The notes beneath the pieces were generated by a model. That model was not told where the DNA came from. It worked only from the letters and a program-made list of their open reading frames with translations, and ran no database searches. From a virus (taxonomy: Duplodnaviria > Caudoviricetes), in the IMG/VR virus record IMGVR_UViG_3300034272_001821, positions 1 through 25,717 of that record: a DNA stretch of 25,717 nucleotides, one strand, 5' to 3'. Every line of letters starts with the position of its first letter. The first letter of the stretch is position 1. Both the position numbers and the translations under genes were made by a program. Shown here in pieces: positions 1 to 8,111 of this stretch.

Positions 1-1
1 T

Positions 2-1252
2 ATTCTTTACAACTAATGCTTCATTGTTGTTTATTGCATTTGTGTAAATTCCACTACTAATTCTACTAGCAATTACTGCCGGGTCAGATGAATGTGACCA
101 GTTTAAGTCACCACCCCATGCGAATACTGCATGTACTTCTTTCGTAGGAGTATCGATTATTACTCTATTTTTAACAACACCATCTAACCAACTTTGATTT
201 AATAAACCACTATACCATCTTACTGTTGTTGATGTGTTTGATGGAATCATAGCCGGTGTATCTACATTAATACCCATTACATGTGCAAATAAGTAATATG
301 AATCAGATTCACCAAATGTAGTTTTGTTCTTTGTAATTAAACCAACTTTCTTTTCTAAATTTGGATAAGTAAAAAAGTTAGCAGTTCCACTAATATCAGT
401 TTGTGAATGTCCTAAGAATGCTTTATATGCATCCGATACAGTTACAATGTTATTCATCCAAGCTTTTTGAAATGCAGCTCCTACAAATACACCAACCGAA
501 TCACCAACTTTAACTTGAGTTGTAAATAGAGCCTCACCACTAGCATCTAATGGTAATTGTGCAATAGGTTGTTGTGACCAATCAATTTCTCCACTACCAT
601 TCGTTTTCAATCTCATCAATTGAACATTGTGGTCAGTAATAGTATATCCTTGTGGGAATAGAACTTTTACTTTGAATTGTGATGTATTACCTGTTATACC
701 ATTTAGGGATATATTAGTTGCACTTCTTGTGATTGGAGAAATATAACCAGATGTATCATTAATAGCGTATGCTAAATCTAATTTATGAATATCGTTATAT
801 AAGTTCTGGTCTTTCAATACAAACTTTTGAGTAGCTATATCACCATTGATTGATGCATCGGTTCTTTGAACAGTCAATTGTCCAACATTCCAATCATTGT
901 TTGTAGCATATCCCCAAGGTGTAGCTTGGTATTGTTCGTATAAGCTAGTAACCGGTTTGGTTGTTGTTGGAGTAAATGCGTAGTTATTCCATCCCGTAAA
1001 GAATGTTTGAGTAGAACTACCTTGTGAGAATGCTGTGCTATTCGTTACCATAGCTAAAGCTTTGTTGTTGAAAGAATATCTCAACCAAAAATAACGAGGT
1101 GTTGTAGTTCCTCTAGCCACAGTATATTTTACAGTCAAAGTATCACCAACCTTTAATCCAGTTGTAGGAGTTATAGTTTGATTTACAGTAAGTTGTCCAA
1201 ATGATGATAATGATATCATCAATACGCCTAAAAGTGTTAATAATTTTTTCAT
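2..1252 (-). CDS. Secreted/surface protein with Sec signal peptide, beta-rich, possible dockerin-like segment; partial, runs off left edge
   Basis: Not in the ORF track because there is no stop in the window. ATG at 1252 gives MKKLLTLLGVLMISLSSFGQLTVNQTITPTTGLKVGDTLTVKY..., open to base 2. Bacteroidota-style signal peptide ending in G|Q; contains NNIVTVSDAY and GGDLNWSHS. Confidence 0.85.
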   Translation of the reverse strand, partial: MKKLLTLLGVLMISLSSFGQLTVNQTITPTTGLKVGDTLTVKYTVARGTTTPRYFWLRYSFNNKALAMVTNSTAFSQGSSTQTFFTGWNNYAFTPTTTKPVTSLYEQYQATPWGYATNNDWNVGQLTVQRTDASINGDIATQKFVLKDQNLYNDIHKLDLAYAINDTSGYISPITRSATNISLNGITGNTSQFKVKVLFPQGYTITDHNVQLMRLKTNGSGEIDWSQQPIAQLPLDASGEALFTTQVKVGDSVGVFVGAAFQKAWMNNIVTVSDAYKAFLGHSQTDISGTANFFTYPNLEKKVGLITKNKTTFGESDSYYLFAHVMGINVDTPAMIPSNTSTTVRWYSGLLNQSWLDGVVKNRVIIDTPTKEVHAVFAWGGDLNWSHSSDPAVIASRISSGIYTNAINNNEALVVKN

Positions 1253-1253
1253 A

Positions 1254-1904
1254 TTATTTTTTTCCCAATAATTTTGTTATTAGCTTATCGGATGCTTTTT
1301 TCAGAGCGTTGCTAAGAGAGGTTTGATTAAATTTACCACCCTCATCAACTATTAACGTAGACATTGAGATTTCTGATGATGATTCTTCAACCACCACTTC
1401 TTTCTCTTTCTTTCCATCTTTATATAGGATACCTTGCAATCTAACTACCACTTCTTCTTCTCCTTTATGGAATACCGAAATGTTAGTTTTGGTTGTAAGT
1501 ACGTCCAAATAAACAATATTAACTTTTAAATGGTATTTTGCATCTTGCGAAAGGTCATATCCCTTTTCTTGAATATATTCCTCTAAGATGTTCTTTACTC
1601 CGAATGCAAGATTACGATTTCCTGCTAATTTACCAATCTTAACTTGATTTTCCACTGCATCAACCCATACATGGTCTTCTGCTTCATACCAAATATTTTC
1701 TGGGTTGTTTTTGAATGTACCATCTATTCTCCATTCAATCCAATTTACAATATCTCTTTGCAGTTCATGTTTACCTGAAAGCTCCAAATAAACAAAGAAC
1801 AATTGGAAACATAGGGCGAATATAATCCACAAGCCCACCAAAGAAAGAAACGCCCATACTAGCTTATCTTTCCAATTTAATACAAACGCTTTAACGTATG
1901 ACAT
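1254..1904 (-). CDS. Membrane-anchored protein, possible CsgG/TolB-N-like alpha/beta fold
   Basis: N-terminal TM helix (LVWAFLSLVGLWIIFALCFQLFFVYL), then helix GVKNILEEYIQEKGY, alternating beta strands and a C-terminal amphipathic helix LSNALKKASDKLITKL. Fold call is pattern-based only. Confidence 0.5.
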   Translation of the reverse strand: MSYVKAFVLNWKDKLVWAFLSLVGLWIIFALCFQLFFVYLELSGKHELQRDIVNWIEWRIDGTFKNNPENIWYEAEDHVWVDAVENQVKIGKLAGNRNLAFGVKNILEEYIQEKGYDLSQDAKYHLKVNIVYLDVLTTKTNISVFHKGEEEVVVRLQGILYKDGKKEKEVVVEESSSEISMSTLIVDEGGKFNQTSLSNALKKASDKLITKLLGKK

Positions 1905-2000
1905 AATTTTACTTTTTAGTTATCCGTATAACCAATTAAGTAACTAAATTGCCGTAAAATGTTGAAAAAACCTGTTAGGTAGGAACGTATTTTGGATAAT

Positions 2001-2038
2001 AAAAAAAGGTTATCCAATGATAAATATTGAATAACCTT
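2001..2038 (-). terminator. Intrinsic terminator downstream of the DUF5856-like gene
   Basis: Minus strand AAGGTTATTCAAT-ATTTATC-ATTGGATAACCTT followed by a T-run; one U.G pair. Confidence 0.75.
2020..2027 (-). promoter_or_regulatory. ATATTTAT motif (putative phage late promoter) in the terminator loop
   Basis: Same 8-mer precedes several other gene starts; lies upstream of the ORF starting at 1904. Confidence 0.45.
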
Positions 2039-2063
2039 AAAAAGTATTAATTCTAATGTTAAA

Positions 2064-2435
2064 TTATTGTAGGTTTATTAACTTATATTTTGTTGAGTAT
2101 AAAAGAGATGCTATATTATCTATATCATTCTGCAACCAGCTCATTTGTAATTTAGGTTCTTTTCTTTCTTTGTCCAAGAACTTACAAAGATTATCAAAGT
2201 ATTTAATCATATTCTCTGGAGATGCATCGTTATCAACACCATTTACCTCTTTATATTCGATTAAACCATATTGTCCCTGATATGTTTCTATTACACCATC
2301 TAAAAGTGGTATAATCCCTTCGTAATAGGCTTGTAGGGCTGTATGTCTAGCAAATGAACCAGGTCCAGTTGTTCTAGTGTGAAATATGTGGGCTTGTGTA
2401 CGGCTGTGAAAAAACATTGATGCGATTCGTTCCAT
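2064..2435 (-). CDS. Ferritin-like four-helix protein (DUF5856-like, common in phages)
   Basis: HSRTQAHIFH, SFARHTALQAYY, ETYQGQYG and C-terminal TKYKL motifs typical of this family. Confidence 0.7.
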   Translation of the reverse strand: MERIASMFFHSRTQAHIFHTRTTGPGSFARHTALQAYYEGIIPLLDGVIETYQGQYGLIEYKEVNGVDNDASPENMIKYFDNLCKFLDKERKEPKLQMSWLQNDIDNIASLLYSTKYKLINLQ

Positions 2436-2442
2436 AATATAT

Positions 2443-3174
2443 CTATTGTTCTAATAAATATTGTTCTTCCCAAAAATCATCACTTTTCGATGTAATCATA
2501 CCTTTATCAAAGTAATCATTTAACATTTGCGTCTGATGTTTCTTCATTTCATTTACCACTTTAGTAATGTAATGAGTCTTACAATCTGTCATTTCTCTGA
2601 TTAAAAGGTATAAGTGTTTTTTGTTAAAGTTTTCTATATGTTGTGACCTTCTGAATAATTCCAATACTGCATCTGCTATCTGAATATCTCTTTTCTTTGT
2701 AAATACTCTAGTCAAATTTATATCCCAATATTTTAACATTAGTTCTTTAAATTCATTTAGTTCTGCACCAAATTGAGTTTCGTAAAAATCATCTGAAGGA
2801 TTCCAACTTTCAGGCATTTCAGAAAGTAATGCAGTTTTCTTAAATCTTTTATAGTTTCCGTTATTTTTAAGAATAAGATAATTTTTAGCTACAATAGAAA
2901 AATAAGAAAAGGCTTTACCCTTTCCTTCTTGGAACATATGTATTTTTTCGATAAGGTTTGATATTACCTCCATTTGAACATCCTCCTTACTAACATCAAA
3001 ATAAGAAAACTTAAATGTATTAAGAATGTTCTCTGCTAATTTCTCAAATGGATATTGAATTCTTGTTTTATATAAATCATTTTTTTCTCTTTGAGATGTA
3101 GATTTATTATAAGCTATAATAGCTTCTTCAGTGTCTAATGTGAAGTATTGTTTACTTTTCTTTTTGCGAGGCAT
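2443..3174 (-). CDS. Phage RNA polymerase sigma factor, T4 gp55 (late sigma)-like
   Basis: Basic N-terminus with a YF motif, then KLAENI...FSY...EDVQMEVI...F.EGKGKAFSYFSIVAKN, matching the sigma region 2 pattern of gp55-like proteins. Confidence 0.65.
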   Translation of the reverse strand: MPRKKKSKQYFTLDTEEAIIAYNKSTSQREKNDLYKTRIQYPFEKLAENILNTFKFSYFDVSKEDVQMEVISNLIEKIHMFQEGKGKAFSYFSIVAKNYLILKNNGNYKRFKKTALLSEMPESWNPSDDFYETQFGAELNEFKELMLKYWDINLTRVFTKKRDIQIADAVLELFRRSQHIENFNKKHLYLLIREMTDCKTHYITKVVNEMKKHQTQMLNDYFDKGMITSKSDDFWEEQYLLEQ

Positions 3175-3176
3175 TA

Positions 3177-3458
3177 TTAGATTTTGTTTTTGTAAGTTTC
3201 TATTGTATTTTTCAATTCGGTAAATACAGTACCAACTTCATCATCTGATTCAAACGAACCATTTAAATCAATTTGCTTTAATTCAGCTAACATATTTTCT
3301 AAAGTTACCATAGTATTATCTTGTCTATCATCATACAATTGTATAGAATCACGTAAGTCTTCGTTTTGCTTAACTAAATTAATACCTCTAACTAATAATA
3401 AAATATTAAGTATAATTGATGCTGGTAATAATATTACCATTAAAAATATTTCAAACAT
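3177..3458 (-). CDS. Hypothetical single-TM coiled-coil protein
   Basis: Hydrophobic N-terminus, FESDDEVG motif, own promoter upstream. Confidence 0.75.
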   Translation of the reverse strand: MFEIFLMVILLPASIILNILLLVRGINLVKQNEDLRDSIQLYDDRQDNTMVTLENMLAELKQIDLNGSFESDDEVGTVFTELKNTIETYKNKI

Positions 3459-3484
3459 ATTGTTTTTTTTTAAATTATATTATA

Positions 3485-3516
3485 CAAATATACAACTTTT
3501 TTTTGAATTTTCCAAA
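3485..3516 (-). promoter_or_regulatory. Bacteroidota sigma-A type promoter P1
   Basis: TTTGG (3516-3512), 19-bp spacer, TATATTTG (3492-3485). Confidence 0.8.
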
Positions 3517-3517
3517 T

Positions 3518-3757
3518 TTAAGCTTCACCCATCGTACCACCAAACATTTGTCCTTTTAAATAATCAATGGAAGCTTCTTCTTTAGCTTTATCCAAAGCAT
3601 CATTGGCCCATTTCATTTTAGCTAAAAATCTTGCATCAAGCTTTTTTTCTTTTACTTTTTTAGTTTCAATTAATTCATCCACCAATGCTTCTACTAACAA
3701 TTGTAAGGTTAGTATTCTTTTATTTTGTGCTGCTAACACATCGTTAATGTTATCCAT
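3518..3757 (-). CDS. Hypothetical protein
   Basis: Fits the tight minus-strand operon; overlaps the upstream stop. Confidence 0.7.
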   Translation of the reverse strand: MDNINDVLAAQNKRILTLQLLVEALVDELIETKKVKEKKLDARFLAKMKWANDALDKAKEEASIDYLKGQMFGGTMGEA

Positions 3758-3995
3758 ATATTAATGAGCCCGAATAGGCATTTTCAAATATTGTATTTAA
3801 TTCTTCTTCTACATTTTTTAGGTATTCCTGTCCAAAAGCTTTCTTTACTGATAACGATGTATATCCCATAGCTCCTGCCATTCGGATACACATTCTTTTA
3901 TATTCCCAAACATCCATATCGTTTGGTACTTCGAATTCTATTTTAGAGGCTTCTCTATTTTCTTGTTCTTCAATGATAAATATTAATTTTGCCAT
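3750..3995 (-). CDS. Hypothetical protein (start more likely ATG 3995, MAKLIF)
   Basis: ORF track start 4016 overlaps the upstream gene; ATG at 3995 follows its stop at 4001. Confidence 0.7.
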   Translation of the reverse strand: MAKLIFIIEEQENREASKIEFEVPNDMDVWEYKRMCIRMAGAMGYTSLSVKKAFGQEYLKNVEEELNTIFENAYSGSLIYG

Positions 3996-4000
3996 TTTGA

Positions 4001-4582
4001 TTAAATTAAGTTCCATCCCTTTTCTAAATAAGAATTAACTTTTTTAGATTTTACAAATTCCATTTCACCAGCAGGTCCTTGCAACATAACTCTTTCATTT
4101 CTACCAGTTTGTTTATCCTTTATAATAGTTTCTGAATATTGTCTATTAGGATGAGTTATATCAATTCCTTCTATTGCATCAATTAACCTTTGAACTAATA
4201 CACATTCCATCAATCCAACATCTCCAAAAAATTCATCCGCATTTTTCCAATCCATTTTATCATTGGTAGCTTTAAATTCAACTTGTCCTAAATTATCCGT
4301 ATCTATTAACAAATATGTACTACGAATTGTTTTTCTAACTTTGTTTTGTTTATGTGTATCTTTTTCATAATAAACAACTGGTGAATCTGAATTCTTAATT
4401 ACTTTAGGATTGACTAATGTTAATTCATCGTCCACATTGCCCAATCGTATTGTAATTATTCTCTTATCAATATTTACATCGGCTGCGGTGAACATAAATC
4501 CTTCTAATTTAGATATAGCTTGTTTATAATTCGATATATCTTTATCTGTAATAGATGATTCGTTAATTTTTTGTACTTTCAT
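4001..4582 (-). CDS. Peptide deformylase-like protein, predicted catalytically inactive
   Basis: PDF scaffold (KRII.I...LVNPKVI, KTIR, ECVLVQ..ID...GI, C-terminal GRNE), but motifs read GFMFTAAD, EKDTH and QRLIDA in place of GxGxAAxQ, EGCLS and QHExDH. Confidence 0.7.
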   Translation of the reverse strand: MKVQKINESSITDKDISNYKQAISKLEGFMFTAADVNIDKRIITIRLGNVDDELTLVNPKVIKNSDSPVVYYEKDTHKQNKVRKTIRSTYLLIDTDNLGQVEFKATNDKMDWKNADEFFGDVGLMECVLVQRLIDAIEGIDITHPNRQYSETIIKDKQTGRNERVMLQGPAGEMEFVKSKKVNSYLEKGWNLI

Positions 4583-4751
4583 TTTTTTTGTTTTTATAAT
4601 ATTCTTCTAATTTTTCAATTATATAATCGGTAGTTCCATCAGGCCCTTCGAACCCTTGATACTTTGTATAGTATTTAATTTTTTCAGGATGTTCTTCCAA
4701 TTCTTTTTTAAGTTCTTCCAATGAAGGAAGATGTTTTGTTATATATGTCAT
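4563..4751 (-). CDS. Hypothetical protein
   Basis: 62 aa, coupled to the cupin gene by a TAATG junction. Confidence 0.65.
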   Translation of the reverse strand: MTYITKHLPSLEELKKELEEHPEKIKYYTKYQGFEGPDGTTDYIIEKLEEYYKNKKNESTKN

Positions 4752-5137
4752 TATTCTAAATCACTTGGTTGGTTTCTATAAATCCTATAACTATCTTCAT
4801 CAAAGTGTTGTGTACTTACTTCAAATACAGTTGCTTCTTCGGTTAATGCGGTAAGTTGATGGGGTAACCCTTTTTTGATTTCTATTACATCTCCTTCTTG
4901 TATTTGAGTGTAACATCTCTCTCCATTTTCAGTATCAATCCAATCAAATTGAAATGCTCCTTTCTGAACATACCAAGTTTCATCTTTAATCATATGATAG
5001 TGCATTGAGAACTTATTACCTGATTTAGTAAATACTAATAACTTACCACAATAATCAGTATTATTATGTATCCACAATTCATATCCCCATTTCTTTTCAA
5101 CTTTTTTAGGGTGTTGTATTTTTACATCGTATATCAT
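4751..5137 (-). CDS. Cupin-domain protein (mannose-6-phosphate isomerase/sugar isomerase-like)
   Basis: VEKKWGYE, SMHYHMIKDETWYV, GD...PHQL and EVST cupin motifs. Confidence 0.8.
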   Translation of the reverse strand: MIYDVKIQHPKKVEKKWGYELWIHNNTDYCGKLLVFTKSGNKFSMHYHMIKDETWYVQKGAFQFDWIDTENGERCYTQIQEGDVIEIKKGLPHQLTALTEEATVFEVSTQHFDEDSYRIYRNQPSDLE

Positions 5138-5138
5138 A

Positions 5139-6236
5139 TTAATTACTTAAAGGTGCTTTAATTGCTGGATGTGATTGATATCCTATTAATTCAAAATCAT
5201 CAGGACCATTACAACATATACCATCCATTTTTGCATTTGTTTTTAATATTGGTAAATCAAATGGTTCTCTACTAATTTGTTCTTTAGCTTGCTCAATGTG
5301 ATTTGAATACAAATGAACATCACCCAAATTACCAATCAATTCATCAGGTACCATATTAACTTCGTTTGCTATAATATGAAGTAGTAATCCGTAAGAAGCA
5401 ATGTTAAATGGCAATCCTAAAAACATATCTACACTTCTTTGATTCCACATTAAAGATATAGACCTTTTTGGTGTTGGTGTATAATATGTATTATCAAAAT
5501 CAGGCAGATTGTTAGCATCAAAGAATCTTTCCATACCGGTTTCATAATTGTTATTAAACCAAATATTGTATCTTCTTTCATCACTCAATTCAGTTGTATA
5601 AATTTGAAATCCATAATGACAAGGTGGTAATACCATTTGGTCTAATTCACCTACATTCCATGCCGATACCATCAATCTTCTACTATCGGGATTTGTTTTA
5701 AGTTCGTTGATTAGATTATCAATTTGGTCAATCCTTCCATTTTCACTATCCCACTTTCTCCATTGCTTACCATAGATAGGTCCTAAATCACCCCACTTCT
5801 TTGCAAAGTCTTTATTTATTTTTATTTTATCTATAAATTCTTCTTTAGTTAATGGTGTTAAATCATCTGTATTACTAAACATATCATCAATATGTGGTTG
5901 TGTTCCAATTATATCACCACTCATATATCCATCAATAAGTTCATTTACTTCTTTAGTATAGTTCTTATATACATCACCATCCCAAATATGATTGTTATGT
6001 TTTAATAGAAAAGAAATATTAGTTTGGCCTGTTAAGAACCAAAGTAGTTCTGATACAACTTGCTTCCATGCCATTTTCTTTGTTGTAAGTAATGGAAATC
6101 CTTCCTGCATATTATGTCGGATTTGATGCCCGAATTCTGATATAGTACCAGTTCCAGTTCTATCTTTTTTCTCTACACCAAATGCAATAATATCACTTAG
6201 TAGTTGTTGATATTTTTTATCTAATTGATTTCCCAT
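5139..6236 (-). CDS. thyA: Thymidylate synthase with two insertions (start likely ATG 6236, MGNQLDKKY)
   Basis: DRTGTGT, FPLLTTKK, ELLWFL, GPIYGKQWR, SRR, LPPCH, QRSVD, GLPFNIASY, HLYSNH and C-terminal IKAPLSN. Confidence 0.95.
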   Translation of the reverse strand: MGNQLDKKYQQLLSDIIAFGVEKKDRTGTGTISEFGHQIRHNMQEGFPLLTTKKMAWKQVVSELLWFLTGQTNISFLLKHNNHIWDGDVYKNYTKEVNELIDGYMSGDIIGTQPHIDDMFSNTDDLTPLTKEEFIDKIKINKDFAKKWGDLGPIYGKQWRKWDSENGRIDQIDNLINELKTNPDSRRLMVSAWNVGELDQMVLPPCHYGFQIYTTELSDERRYNIWFNNNYETGMERFFDANNLPDFDNTYYTPTPKRSISLMWNQRSVDMFLGLPFNIASYGLLLHIIANEVNMVPDELIGNLGDVHLYSNHIEQAKEQISREPFDLPILKTNAKMDGICCNGPDDFELIGYQSHPAIKAPLSN

Positions 6237-6540
6237 TTCTTTTTGGTTTTTCGGTTTTACTTCTAAAGAATACAAATAGTTTAGATTCTAAATTATCCAT
6301 TTGAGTCATTGCTATCCACTTTCCTAATACGCTACCACCAATGTAAAATGGTAGTACCCACATATCTCCCTTTAACAAACTATCTAATGAAAAATAAACT
6401 GAAGCAAGTGATACTAAGTTAATCCATACTGAATTAATAAGTAACCTGTTTAGTTGGTTTTCATATGTAAATTTAATCTCCAACACTTTGAAGATATTAA
6501 ACATTATTTGGAAGGTTAATATTGCTATATAATTTATCAT
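6217..6540 (-). CDS. Small multi-pass membrane protein
   Basis: Three hydrophobic segments, GGSVLG motif, basic tail. Confidence 0.7.
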   Translation of the reverse strand: MINYIAILTFQIMFNIFKVLEIKFTYENQLNRLLINSVWINLVSLASVYFSLDSLLKGDMWVLPFYIGGSVLGKWIAMTQMDNLESKLFVFFRSKTEKPKRNGKSIR

Positions 6541-7157
6541 ATCATTGCGCCTTTTGGTACATTAGTACAAAAATAATTTGTAGTTAGTACCCATCTATTT
6601 TCGTTTGAACGATTTGTTTGTGTTCTATGTCTTAACCAACCAGGAAACATAACAACATCTCCTGTTTTTGTTTTTACTTCTTTCCAATTTGAAATTTCAT
6701 CATCAATTGGATATGGATAGAATGTGTTGTGATATTCTAATGGATTTTTAAATTCAATATATCCACCATTTTCAGGCATATGTAAATATGTACTAATCGC
6801 AACAATAGAAGGTCCGTGATGATGTAATGGTGTGTTTCCACCAGGTACATGCAAATTAATCCAACTGTTTAAAATCTTATACTCATAATCTTTACTAAAT
6901 CCGTATTTATGTATAATTACATCATGCACTATTGGTGTAAGCCAATTATAAAAATCTTTAAATAATGGATTTTTATGCGGAATATCTAATATTTGTGCAT
7001 ATTCCCCACCAGCCCAATTAGTATCGCCGGTAGATTTTGTAATTGATGTTACTCTTTCGCAAAAAGCTTTAACCTTTGGCCAATCGAATTTATCATAATT
7101 GATTTTCAATACCATAGGTGGGAATGGAGTTACATCATATAATACTTGTTCTTTCAT
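6537..7157 (-). CDS. 2OG-Fe(II) oxygenase (TIGR02466-like)
   Basis: SWIN...HHH, GDVVMFPGWLRH and distal R-W-V-L-T-T-N motif. Confidence 0.85.
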   Translation of the reverse strand: MKEQVLYDVTPFPPMVLKINYDKFDWPKVKAFCERVTSITKSTGDTNWAGGEYAQILDIPHKNPLFKDFYNWLTPIVHDVIIHKYGFSKDYEYKILNSWINLHVPGGNTPLHHHGPSIVAISTYLHMPENGGYIEFKNPLEYHNTFYPYPIDDEISNWKEVKTKTGDVVMFPGWLRHRTQTNRSNENRWVLTTNYFCTNVPKGAMI

Positions 7158-7161
7158 AAAA

Positions 7162-8055
7162 TTATTTAATAAAAGGTAATATTGCTAATTCTTTTCCCTT
7201 TGCCTCAACCATAATGTCCAAATCCAACCCATATGTACTGGGGAGGGCATTAATAAGATAGGAATGTGCTTGTGGTTTTTCTTTTGGGTTATTTTCATGT
7301 AATGCTTTTGATTCCGAATAGTGAACTTCTTGCTTAATTCCTTTAGGCCAAGTTGTTGCTGCTAATTTAAGAGCTTCTTCTTCACTCAACCCACCTGTAC
7401 AAAATTGGTGGTGGTGATAATCAAATACAATTGGAATGCCTGTATGTTTGTGAATATACATAAGGTCTTTAACGGAATACATAGAAGCCTTATCATCATT
7501 CTCCAATGTCAATCGTTTGCGTACGCTTGGAGAGAGTCTTTTGAAGTTTGTAATCAATCTATCCATCGCAGATTGTTTGTCTCCGTAGACACCATTACAA
7601 TGAATATTAATGTTATTGTAATGTGTTTTAGATAGCCCCATCATATCGAATATCTTACCATGCAATTCCAAATCAGCGAAAGTCTTTTGAACAACGGATT
7701 CATTTGGCGATGGTAATACATTAAATGGGCCGGGGTGTGAATTAATACGCATGTTCCAAAACTTAGCGTAATCACCTGCTTTCTTTAATTCACTTTTAAT
7801 CTCTTTGTAATCCTTTAATTGAGTTAAATCTAAATTATCACCCCAAGGAACAAGAGCTGATGATAATCGAAAGAAATTAATTCCGTTTAATCTATTCCAC
7901 TCTAAAATTTTAATAATATCCTTTGCATTGAGTAAAGCAAGGTCAGATACATAATCCAAACCTTTTGCTTCAAAGGTACGTTTAACCATTGTTCGGTTAG
8001 TACCTACTTTTTTACCCATACTCATATTGATACATGCGTATCCTAAATTAGCCAT
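7162..8055 (-). CDS. uvsE: UV DNA damage endonuclease
   Basis: LGYACIN, FFRLSS, HPGPFNVL, NIH, LENDDK, FDYHHH, HYSES and MVEAKGKE motifs. Confidence 0.93.
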   Translation of the reverse strand: MANLGYACINMSMGKKVGTNRTMVKRTFEAKGLDYVSDLALLNAKDIIKILEWNRLNGINFFRLSSALVPWGDNLDLTQLKDYKEIKSELKKAGDYAKFWNMRINSHPGPFNVLPSPNESVVQKTFADLELHGKIFDMMGLSKTHYNNINIHCNGVYGDKQSAMDRLITNFKRLSPSVRKRLTLENDDKASMYSVKDLMYIHKHTGIPIVFDYHHHQFCTGGLSEEEALKLAATTWPKGIKQEVHYSESKALHENNPKEKPQAHSYLINALPSTYGLDLDIMVEAKGKELAILPFIK

Positions 8056-8077
8056 TTCGATATAATTTGTTGTTATA

Positions 8078-8109
8078 CAAATATACGAAAATTATTTGGA
8101 TTTACCAAA
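8078..8109 (-). promoter_or_regulatory. Bacteroidota-type promoter P2 (uvsE operon)
   Basis: TTTGG-N19-TATATTTG. Confidence 0.8.
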
Positions 8110-8111
8110 TA

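Noticed and set aside
1905-2000. Structured RNA in the leader of the 1904 gene
   Set aside because: Only short AT-rich inverted repeats (TTAGTTA/TAACTAA), expected by chance at this composition.
5139-6236. dCMP hydroxymethylase, or an intein/intron in thyA
   Set aside because: The dUMP-specifying Asn (PFNIASY) is retained; insertions are short, in frame and lack intein or homing-endonuclease motifs.
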